Part shown: piece by piece, positions 9,445 to 17,062 of the stretch
Numbering within the stretch: the stretch's first letter is position 1
Layout: each line of letters begins with the position of its first letter
Source of the DNA: Candidatus Xenobia bacterium
Lineage (GTDB): Bacteria > Vulcanimicrobiota > Xenobia > Xenobiales > QWHO01
DNA: 47,608 bases
Assembly: GCA_045863235.1 (NCBI GenBank)
Contig: BTUM01000063.1
Span: 1-47,608, forward strand
Direction: 5' to 3'
The notes under the pieces: model-generated
What the model was told of the DNA's origin: nothing
The model's input: the letters and a program-made list of their open reading frames with translations, nothing else
Database searches by the model: none
Translations under genes and position numbers: made by a program

Positions 9445-9852
9445 ATGACGAAGCGACTGATTGCAGCGATCCTTCTGCTGATGCTCTGGATGCCCGTGGC
9501 CGCTATCGACACGAAAGCCGCTCAGGCCTCAGCGCAGGCTTTTCTGGCCCAGGTCGACGCCGGCAAGTACTCTCAGGCTTACAAGGGCTCGGCCGAGGCC
9601 ATCAAGTCGGCCGTGGACGAGAAGTCCTTTGCCGGCCCGATCAGCAGCACCCGCGCCAAGCTCGGGGCCGTGAAGTCACGCAAACTGAAGAAGGCCACGC
9701 CTGCTACCGAGTTGCCTGGGGCTCCCAAAGGTGAGTATGTGGTCTTCGAGTTCACCACCGATTTTGCCAACCAGAAGGGGGTCACCGAAGTCGTCACCCC
9801 GATGAGGGAGAAGGACGGCATCTGGAGGGTTGCCGGCTACTACATGCGCTAA
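9445..9852 (+). CDS. DUF4019-like secreted protein
   Basis: Signal peptide; FLAQVDAGKY, LGAVKSR, LPGAPKGEYVV, EVVTPMREKDGIWRVAGYY. Confidence 0.8.
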   Translation: MTKRLIAAILLLMLWMPVAAIDTKAAQASAQAFLAQVDAGKYSQAYKGSAEAIKSAVDEKSFAGPISSTRAKLGAVKSRKLKKATPATELPGAPKGEYVVFEFTTDFANQKGVTEVVTPMREKDGIWRVAGYYMR

Positions 9853-9888
9853 CCCTATCGGGAGTTCTCAGCATCGAGAGGAAAGACA

Positions 9889-10425
9889 TTGAGACCCATC
9901 CTTCTGGCAATCCTGCTTTGCCTGGTCATTTCGCCGGCCATGCCCGAGGCGAGCAGCTTCTATGACATCACGGTGGTGAGCCTGGACGGGAAGTCGGTCC
10001 CGCTCAGCCTTTATCAAGGTCAGGTGACGCTGGTCGTCAACGTGGCCAGCGACTGCGGGTTCACTCCTCAGTATGCGGGCCTCGAGGCTCTCCATCGCGA
10101 GTTCAAAGCCCGAGGTTTCTCCGTGCTCGGCTTCCCCTGCAATGATTTTGGCGGTCAGGAGCCGGGCGCCCCCCAGGAGATTCAGGCCTTCTGCAAGTCC
10201 CGTTACGACGTGACTTTCCCGTTGTTTGCCAAGGTCCGCATCACCAGCCAGCCCCGGTCCCCTGTCTACCAGTTCTTGACCGCCGCCAGTGGCAAGACGC
10301 CCAACTGGAACTTTGGCAAGTATCTGGTGGGCAAGGACGGTAAGGTGATCCGCTTCTTCGGCAGCACCACGAAGCCGACATCACCCGAGCTGCGCCAGGA
10401 GATCCTGCAGGCCCTGGGAACCTGA
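9889..10425 (+). CDS. Glutathione peroxidase family (Cys-type), probably exported
   Basis: VVNVASDCGFTPQY, LGFPCNDFGGQEPG, WNFGKYLV; TTG start and hydrophobic N-terminus. Confidence 0.92.
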   Translation: MRPILLAILLCLVISPAMPEASSFYDITVVSLDGKSVPLSLYQGQVTLVVNVASDCGFTPQYAGLEALHREFKARGFSVLGFPCNDFGGQEPGAPQEIQAFCKSRYDVTFPLFAKVRITSQPRSPVYQFLTAASGKTPNWNFGKYLVGKDGKVIRFFGSTTKPTSPELRQEILQALGT

Positions 10426-10443
10426 GGTAAACTGCAGGGTCTT

Positions 10444-10570
10444 GGTCTTGCACTTACTGCGTTCCGGCGCGTTCGTCAGATTGGACCAATCTGTGCGTGC
10501 CACAACACTTTGGAAGCGGTTCGAAACAAGTTTCTCACCGCACGTTTCGTGGCACGGTCAATGCGACGAA
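10444..10570. ncRNA. Candidate structured non-coding element, copy B (long rod-like hairpin)
   Basis: Nested inverted repeats: ttcgtc/gacgaa, cagattgg/ccaatctg, cgtgccac/gtggcacg, gcggt/accgc, gaaac/gtttc. The minus-strand fold converts several mismatches to G-U pairs. Confidence 0.45.
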
Positions 10571-10572
10571 GT

Positions 10573-11205
10573 TTAGCGAGCTTTCAATTCGGCCAGCTCT
10601 TTCCAGGTCAGGGTCAGGGTGGCTGAGGCGGCGGCGTGCCCCTGGAACAGGTTGATGAAGCGAATCCCATCCCCGGTCAGTACGAAATCCCACTTCTTGC
10701 GGTCTTCCAAGGCGACCTCTGGCTGGAACTCCTTGTCAGCCGCAGCGGCAAGCTTCTGGTAGAGAGCCGGGCCATAACCCGGCTTGAGGAGCTGGTCCAG
10801 CGTCACCGCTTCGCCCGTCTTGAGAGACAGGGTCAGCCCGCCAAACTCCAGGCTCGGATGGGCGGCTCGCTCGAGCATCCCGATGCTGTAGGTGTGCACG
10901 CTGACGTAGCGGCCGCTTAACAGGGTAACCTCGGTCTCGACCTCTTCGGTGTAGTGATTCTCGGCATAAAAAGCGGAGTCTTCCTTCTCGAACGCTTCCG
11001 GGTCGCGTCGGGTGGAGAAAGCTTTGAGACGAGCGTTGACCCTGTCACTTGCGCCGGGAACCCGGGCAAACTTGCCCTTCACGACCACATTACCGCTCTT
11101 GGACTTCTTCTCGAAGGCGACCAGCTCGTAGCGAGCCCCTGCCCCCAGCAACAAGATCGCCAGCAAAACCAGGCACACAGCACGCAACATGTCCGTCCTC
11201 CTCAC
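10573..11205 (-). CDS. Secreted hypothetical protein, DUF3298/RsiV-like
   Basis: Signal-peptide-like N-terminus (alternative ATG at 11190); AAHP...GLTLSLKTGEAVTLDQLLKP and FVLTGDGIRF resemble DUF3298. Confidence 0.55.
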   Translation of the reverse strand: MRRTDMLRAVCLVLLAILLLGAGARYELVAFEKKSKSGNVVVKGKFARVPGASDRVNARLKAFSTRRDPEAFEKEDSAFYAENHYTEEVETEVTLLSGRYVSVHTYSIGMLERAAHPSLEFGGLTLSLKTGEAVTLDQLLKPGYGPALYQKLAAAADKEFQPEVALEDRKKWDFVLTGDGIRFINLFQGHAAASATLTLTWKELAELKAR

Positions 11206-12239
11206 GAGCGCTCGGCCAGCCAGTCAGCCAGCTTCCGCCAGCTAAACTTTGGGGCCCGTCCCCCGGCCACGACCCCGATGTGGCCTCCCGGTACCGAGAA
11301 GAACTCGCGATCCGGGCTGCCTACCAGCTCGATGATGGCTCGAGCTGACTCGGTGGTGGCCACCGGGTCGCCCTCCCCGGCCACGGCCAGCAACGGGCAG
11401 GTGATCTGCTTGAGATCGACGCTCTGGCCCCCGATGACCGCCTGCCCGGTCAGCAGGGCGTTGTCGACTACGTAATCGTTGAAGAAGTCGCGATAAGCGT
11501 CCTTGGGGCCGGGAATGAACTCCTTCATCCAGGTGGAGAGCGATTGCCAGTTCTGGACATACTCGCGGTTGGTGGCGTTGGTCAGCAGGTCGGCGTAACG
11601 CGACACGGCCGCCAGCGGATTGGCCAGTTGCATCCCGAGCGCGGGAATGACTCCAGGAATGTTGCCGATCTTGTCGATGGCAAAGTCGAGCTCGCGATGG
11701 GCGGCGTGGACCAGCACGCTGATGAGCCCCATCTTCTGGTAGTCGACCGGAACCGCCAGCAAGGCCAGGTTGCGCACCCGCTCGCGCCCGGCGGTAGCGG
11801 CGAAGAGAAGCGAGAAGAGCCCTCCCACGCAGTAGCCCACCGGGGTGACGAGCTGCTGACCTGAAGCCATCCGCACGCCGTCGACGGCGCTGGGGAGAAA
11901 GTCGAGCACGTAGTCGTCCATCTTGAGATGCTGATCGAGCAGGTCGGGCACGCCAAAGTCGACCAGGAAAACGTCGAAGCCCTCAGAGAGCAAGAAGGCC
12001 ACCATGCTGCGTCCGGGGTGCAGGTCGAAGATATAGGGGCGCACCAGGAAGGGCGGCACGAGCAGCAGCGGCGTGGCGTGCCGGGGCGGGCTGTCACGGC
12101 GATAGCGCAGCAGGCGCAGCTTGCCGGTGCCCAGCACCTGGTCGCGGGGAGTGCGGTCGACCTCGGGGCGGCGGGGGTCAGTCAGCGCGGCCAGTCCGCG
12201 CTGGAGGCCTTCAAAGGCTCGGGTGAGTCGCTCGTTCAC
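11202..12239 (-). CDS. phaC: Polyhydroxyalkanoate synthase, class III PhaC-like
   Basis: TPRDQV, PLLLVP, YIFDL.PGRS, lipase-like box GYCVGG (Cys), D in GEGDPVA, H in PGGHIG; 345 aa. Confidence 0.75.
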   Translation of the reverse strand: MNERLTRAFEGLQRGLAALTDPRRPEVDRTPRDQVLGTGKLRLLRYRRDSPPRHATPLLLVPPFLVRPYIFDLHPGRSMVAFLLSEGFDVFLVDFGVPDLLDQHLKMDDYVLDFLPSAVDGVRMASGQQLVTPVGYCVGGLFSLLFAATAGRERVRNLALLAVPVDYQKMGLISVLVHAAHRELDFAIDKIGNIPGVIPALGMQLANPLAAVSRYADLLTNATNREYVQNWQSLSTWMKEFIPGPKDAYRDFFNDYVVDNALLTGQAVIGGQSVDLKQITCPLLAVAGEGDPVATTESARAIIELVGSPDREFFSVPGGHIGVVAGGRAPKFSWRKLADWLAERS

Positions 12240-12341
12240 GTTCTACTCTCTGGCTTGAAGTTCTTGCCTCCAGGGAACGGCTCCTGTGCCCGGGACAAAC
12301 GGCCCGTTGCCAGCCAACCTGTCGCCCACTATACTGAGCGA

Positions 12342-12962
12342 GTGAAACGGCTGCTCATTCTGGGCCTTCTGCCCTGGCCACTGGTGGGGGCGGCACTGTA
12401 CGGCTTCCACCAGTACTGGCTCGCTCTGCTGGCCTATCATACTCTCTGTCTGGGAGCCTACGCCCTGTGGGGCCAGGGCCGGGTGCGCCTGGATCGGCAC
12501 CTTGTCTGGTATCTCCTGGCCGCCCTGGTCTTCTTGCTGCCGGCGGTGAAGACCGTGGGCCTGTTCGTGCAGCCCGCGCTCATTCTGAGCGTGCTGACAG
12601 GGTTCGGCTTCCAGAGCTGGCACCTGCCCCTGCTCATCGCCTACTTTCTGCTGGTGCATCCCTTCGCTGAAGAGGCTTTCTGGCGGGCGACCCTCTACCA
12701 GGGACTGCGCCAGGAGACGACCCCTGGCCGGGCAGCCGTCCTCTCCAGCCTGCTGTTCGGGGCCTGGCACGCCCTGGTGCTGGTTCCCCTGCTCCCCTCC
12801 ATGTGGTGGCTGGGAACACTGGCAGTCATCTTCTTCGGGCTGGCCATGGCGGCACTCTACGAGCAGCGTCGCCAGGCCCTGATGCCCTGCACCCTCCTGC
12901 ACGCCCTGGGCGGCGACCTGCCACTGCTGGTCATCCTCACCGGGGTGGTTCTCGGAAGCTGA
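12342..12962 (+). CDS. CPBP (CAAX/Abi) intramembrane glutamic endopeptidase
   Basis: AEEAFWR, FGAWH, LLHALGGD motifs and multiple TM segments; GTG start at 12342. Confidence 0.85.
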   Translation: MKRLLILGLLPWPLVGAALYGFHQYWLALLAYHTLCLGAYALWGQGRVRLDRHLVWYLLAALVFLLPAVKTVGLFVQPALILSVLTGFGFQSWHLPLLIAYFLLVHPFAEEAFWRATLYQGLRQETTPGRAAVLSSLLFGAWHALVLVPLLPSMWWLGTLAVIFFGLAMAALYEQRRQALMPCTLLHALGGDLPLLVILTGVVLGS

Positions 12963-13618
12963 AGATCGCCCGCACGCTGACGGGGGTAGGGGTGCTGTTG
13001 CTGGTCTCCTCCCCCTTCCTCACCTGGGTTTGCCTCCCGCTCGGCGCCCTCACCGTGCCTGTGCCAGGACTGTTCCTGCGGGGCGGACTGGTGCTGGGAC
13101 TGGGACTGCTGGCCCTGGGCTTCTGGTTGCTGCGACCCCGCGCCCCCGGACTGCAGCTGGCCTGCGCGCTGGCCGCCATGGGCCTGACCGGACTCGATCT
13201 TCACGGCATCGTAACCCGCACCGGTTACGAGCTGGCCCGCCTGCAGCTCAAGCTGAGCGGGCTCAACGAGACGCTGGGCACCTTGCACCTCCCTCGTCTC
13301 GAGCTCTTCGAGCACGGCCAGAGCGGCTGGACCTACGTGGGCTACGGCCTCTATGTCGGGCTGGCTGGAGCCGGCCTGCTGTTGCTGGGCGCGGTGGTGG
13401 AAGCCTTGCTGCAGGGGCGCCAGGGTCGAAGTCTGGGCTCGGTGCTGGTGGGCCGACCGGCCTGCAAAGCCTGCCAGCAAGGCCTGGTCGCTGGCATGAG
13501 CTTCTGTCCCGGCTGTGGGCTCAAACTGCTGCCCGTGCGGCGCTGCTCCGAGTGCAAGGCGACCGTGGCCGAGACCTATCGCTTCTGCCCCGAATGCGGG
13601 GCCAGCGAGGCGGCGTAG
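12959..13618 (+). CDS. Membrane protein with C-terminal double zinc ribbon
   Basis: Four hydrophobic segments then CKAC..FCPGCG..CSEC..FCPECG. Start uncertain: CTG 12959 overlapping the upstream TGA, or GTG about 12992. Confidence 0.7.
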   Translation: MKIARTLTGVGVLLLVSSPFLTWVCLPLGALTVPVPGLFLRGGLVLGLGLLALGFWLLRPRAPGLQLACALAAMGLTGLDLHGIVTRTGYELARLQLKLSGLNETLGTLHLPRLELFEHGQSGWTYVGYGLYVGLAGAGLLLLGAVVEALLQGRQGRSLGSVLVGRPACKACQQGLVAGMSFCPGCGLKLLPVRRCSECKATVAETYRFCPECGASEAA

Positions 13619-14346
13619 CGGCGGGTCGCCTCCAGAGGCCCCTCGGGCGCGTAGAGGATGCCCGAGCTGACATTGACCCGGTGGATGGGGGCGCCGTCGC
13701 CCAGGGCTCGCAGCACCAGGGCCGCGTCCCCGCCCTGGGTGCCCACCCCCGGAATGAGCAAGGGAAAGTTGGGCGCACCGTCCACGAACTCAGCCAGTTC
13801 CTCGGGTCCGGTGGCCCCCATGACCGCTCCCAGGCCGGGACGGTACCACGCGCCGGTCAGCAGGGTGGCCAGCCGCCTCCAGGCGCCATGGGCCAGCTGC
13901 AGATCGGCTGCTCCCGGGTTGGAGGTGCGCAGCAGCACATAGACCCCTTTCTCGGGACAGCGCTCCAGAAAGGGCTCGAGCGAGTCGCGGCCCATCCAGG
14001 GAGAAACGGTGACGGCATCGGCGCCCCACACGTCGAACAGGGCCCGCGCGTAGGCCGCACTGGAGGGGCCAATGTCGCCCCGCTTTGCGTCCAGGATGAT
14101 CAACGCTTTGGAGCGCCAGCGCTCGAGCAGCCGCTCCAACATGCGAAGACCCCTGGAGCCATATTGCTCGAAGTAGGCCAGGTTCGGCTTGAGGGTTGAG
14201 GGCAGCGCGCCCGCCTCCTCCAGGCCCTCGAGCAGGCAGTTGAGAAAGCTCTCGGGTGTTTCCCCCGCACCCATCCGAGCGGGATCGGGATCGAGACCCA
14301 GGCAGAGCAGGCTCTCGGCCCTGGCCAGCTTCTCGAGGTAGGTCAT
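13576..14346 (-). CDS. pyrF: Orotidine-5'-phosphate decarboxylase
   Basis: LCLGLDP, KPNLAYFE, DAKRGDIG, LRTSNPG, LIPGVGTQGG. Confidence 0.95.
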   Translation of the reverse strand: MTYLEKLARAESLLCLGLDPDPARMGAGETPESFLNCLLEGLEEAGALPSTLKPNLAYFEQYGSRGLRMLERLLERWRSKALIILDAKRGDIGPSSAAYARALFDVWGADAVTVSPWMGRDSLEPFLERCPEKGVYVLLRTSNPGAADLQLAHGAWRRLATLLTGAWYRPGLGAVMGATGPEELAEFVDGAPNFPLLIPGVGTQGGDAALVLRALGDGAPIHRVNVSSGILYAPEGPLEATRRYAASLAPHSGQKR

Positions 14347-14939
14347 ACGCCCGCCCGGTAGCGAGAAAGCAGCTCGGGGTCCAGGCCCAGGCGCGCGAAC
14401 AGCTCGTCCACCGTGAGCAAAGCCCGCACGCTCACCCCGGTCTCGGCCTCGAAAGCGGCTGAGGCGCCTCCCTCCTGCCGGTCCACCCCCACCAGCACCC
14501 CTTCCACCTTGCCGCCCAGGGCGGCCAGGTCGTCCAGCGCCTCGCGCTTGGTGCCGCTCGTGGTCATCACGTCATCCAGGATCACGATGCGGTCCTGAGG
14601 CCGGGGAGAACGACCGAGCACCCGGCCGCCTTCACCGTGCTCCTTGCCCTCCTTGCGCAGGCTGAAGTAGGCCAGATCGGCCTGGTGCTCATGGTAGAGC
14701 GCCTGACAGGTAGCCAGGGCCAGGGGCAAGCCCTTATAGGCCGGTCCGTAGAGCAAGGTGGCGTGGGGAAAATGCTGGCGCACGCCGCGGGCAAAAAAGC
14801 CGCCCAGGGCCGTCAGGTGGGCTCCGCTGGCCACCTCGCCGAAGTTCAGGAAGTAGGGGGAAAGCCGACCGCTCTTGAGGCGGAACTCGCCCAGCCGCAG
14901 CACGCCGCTTTCCTTGAGAAACTCTGGTAAGCCATCCAT
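14343..14939 (-). CDS. pyrE: Orotate phosphoribosyltransferase
   Basis: FRLKSGRLSPYFLN, LYGPAYKGLPL, RKEGKEHGEGG, ILDDVMTTSGT, VDRQE; start at ATG 14939. Confidence 0.95.
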   Translation of the reverse strand: MDGLPEFLKESGVLRLGEFRLKSGRLSPYFLNFGEVASGAHLTALGGFFARGVRQHFPHATLLYGPAYKGLPLALATCQALYHEHQADLAYFSLRKEGKEHGEGGRVLGRSPRPQDRIVILDDVMTTSGTKREALDDLAALGGKVEGVLVGVDRQEGGASAAFEAETGVSVRALLTVDELFARLGLDPELLSRYRAGV

Positions 14940-15046
14940 AGCCGGGTCATACGCCGTCGGTCCGTTGATCCCCGCTCCGCTGCAGTGCCAGCCGCTCGGC
15001 CCGAAGGGGAGTGACCCGACCTGAAGCGAAGCTGATCCGCTCGAAC

Positions 15047-17056
15047 ATGCCCAGCGACCTCGAGAGCCTGCGCCAGTCACCTTACGATCAGGCAGCCTTC
15101 GGGCGGCTGATGACCAGCGCCCGGGGCGGCAATCCTGAATCTCTGGCCGGATTGATCGAGCTGCTCTCCATGCCCGAGCTGCGCCAGCGAGCCGTGAAGG
15201 CTCTGGCCGACCTGCAGCAGCTCGAGCCGCTGGCCCGCTTCTGGGCCGAGCAGCGCGACCCGTTCGCGGGCGAGGTTCTGGCCCGGCAGGGCTACGTGGC
15301 TGACCATCGCCTGGGCATGCGCGTGGAGACCGGCATCCACCTGAGCGTGCTGACGGCCCTGAATTGCGCCCGACACGAGCAACTCTGGACGCTGCCCGAG
15401 CGCCTGCAAGCCCTGGTCGCGCGCGAGCTGGTCCAGGCCTGCGGCGACCCCGATCTGGCCGGCGCCGCCGCCCGCGCTCTACCTGATTGCCCATGGTTCG
15501 AGCTCCTCGCGGCCGAGGTGCTGAAGGCCAACGCCCCTCAGGATGCCCGCCGACTCGTGGTAGGCGACCAGCGGCTGCCCGAGCACCCGGGCCGGAGAGC
15601 CGTGCTGCTGCTCCTGCGCGATCAGCACGAGGAAGCCGAGTTGCTCGATCCGGACGGCTCGTTGCTGGCCCGGGCCTGCCAGGAAGCCGACGACTCCCTG
15701 CGGCTGGAGGTGCTGGCCCGCCTGCGCACTCGGGGGCGCACTCTGCAAGCCATGGAGGTGCTGGGGGCGCGCTCGCGGCGGAGTTTCCAGGAGGTTCTCT
15801 CGGCTCTGCTGGTGGAAGGCCGTTACCAGGACCTGTGGGAGCTGGCCTTCCACCTCCCTCCGGCCCGGGCCGGCGAGCTGCTCGAGACCCTGCGCGCGGC
15901 GGGCTTCGTACCCGAGCAAGACCAGGGGCTCTGGTCCGAGCTGCTCTCCCTGCTGCCCTACCAGACGCCCGAGCCGGTCGAGATAACCCTGGAGGGTGGC
16001 CGCGAGCTGGCCCTGGGCCCCGATCGCCTGGTGGAGCTGACCGACACCGAGCTCTGGGCTTACGCTCTGGATGGCTCGTTGCTCTGGCACGTGGCCCGAC
16101 CCTGGCCGCGCAACCCGGCTCGCCTCAGCCTCTCGAGCGATGGAAGCTTCCTGGCCCTGCACGAGTTGGCTCGCCTGTCGCTCGAGTGGCACGATCACGA
16201 GCCCGGGATGCTCTGGCTTCTGGACGCCCGCAATGGACAGGTGAGCCTCCAAAACAGCGCGGTGGAAGCGATGGCCTGGTCCAACCAGGGGGACGTGGCC
16301 GTGGCAGCCGGTGGCTGGCTGGCCTGGCGCACCCTGCCCGACCTGAGCATCCTCCGCAATCAGGCCGTGCCCTCTGGCCTGCTGGGGCTGGCCTTCGCCC
16401 CCGAGGCCGAGGTGCTGGCCTGGTTCAACCACGAGCAGATCCAGGTGCTCGACCGAGGCCTGGTGCAAGACCTCCCCACCCGGGGCGAAACCACGCTGGC
16501 CCTCCCCTGCGCGGTCTCGAAGACGGGGGAGTGGCTGGCGGTGGCCACCCGCACCCGGGTGCTGTTGACCGGGCCCCAAACCCGCTTCCTGCCCCCCGGC
16601 CTGGCCCGCAGGCTTCTCTTCACCCCCGACGATCGTCTGCTGGTGCTCTCCAAGAATGAGCTGCGCGATGCAGAAGGGACCTTGCGAGCCTTCCCCACTC
16701 CCCCGCGCGAGGCCACCCTCTCGCCCGACGGCTGCTGGTTGGCCTGGCTGGAGGAGGACGAGCTGGTGGTCGAGGATCTGATCGATCGCCGCCAGAGCCT
16801 GCGCCTGAGCGCCCCGGGCGCTCGCAAGCTGATCTATACCAGGAACCACTGCCTGGCAATCGCCGGGGAGCAGGCCTGGCTCTGGCCCACCGCTCTGTGG
16901 GAGCGCGATTACCCTCGCCTGGAAGAGCTGTCCACCCGGAACCCGGCCTATCGGTTCGCCGCCCTGCTCGCACGTCACCGCCACCGCCACGACCTGGTGC
17001 TGGACGGGCTGTGGGAGTTCTCCCCCCAGGACATCGAGCTCCAGGACGGAATCTGA
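15047..17056 (+). CDS. Hypothetical protein: helical/HEAT-like N-terminus plus WD40-like beta-propeller
   Basis: Propeller-like repeats LSLSSDGSFLA, MAWSNQGDVA, LAFAPEAEVLA, VSKTGEWLAV, LFTPDDRLL, LSPDGCWLA; start ATG 15047 or GTG 15011. Confidence 0.6.
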   Translation: MPSDLESLRQSPYDQAAFGRLMTSARGGNPESLAGLIELLSMPELRQRAVKALADLQQLEPLARFWAEQRDPFAGEVLARQGYVADHRLGMRVETGIHLSVLTALNCARHEQLWTLPERLQALVARELVQACGDPDLAGAAARALPDCPWFELLAAEVLKANAPQDARRLVVGDQRLPEHPGRRAVLLLLRDQHEEAELLDPDGSLLARACQEADDSLRLEVLARLRTRGRTLQAMEVLGARSRRSFQEVLSALLVEGRYQDLWELAFHLPPARAGELLETLRAAGFVPEQDQGLWSELLSLLPYQTPEPVEITLEGGRELALGPDRLVELTDTELWAYALDGSLLWHVARPWPRNPARLSLSSDGSFLALHELARLSLEWHDHEPGMLWLLDARNGQVSLQNSAVEAMAWSNQGDVAVAAGGWLAWRTLPDLSILRNQAVPSGLLGLAFAPEAEVLAWFNHEQIQVLDRGLVQDLPTRGETTLALPCAVSKTGEWLAVATRTRVLLTGPQTRFLPPGLARRLLFTPDDRLLVLSKNELRDAEGTLRAFPTPPREATLSPDGCWLAWLEEDELVVEDLIDRRQSLRLSAPGARKLIYTRNHCLAIAGEQAWLWPTALWERDYPRLEELSTRNPAYRFAALLARHRHRHDLVLDGLWEFSPQDIELQDGI

Positions 17057-17062
17057 CCTGCG

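Noticed and set aside
9889..10425. Selenocysteine glutathione peroxidase
   Set aside because: Active-site codon is TGC (Cys) and there is no in-frame TGA.
10550..10564. Sigma-54 promoter-like TGGCACG-N4-ATGC
   Set aside because: Spacing fits, but it points into the 3' end of a convergent gene and is explained as an arm of the inverted repeat; not supportable without TSS data.
10444..10570. Integron attC site, tRNA, SRP RNA or retron msr-msd
   Set aside because: No RYYYAAC/GTTRRRY ends, cloverleaf or SRP GGAA loop motif, and no integrase or reverse transcriptase in the window.
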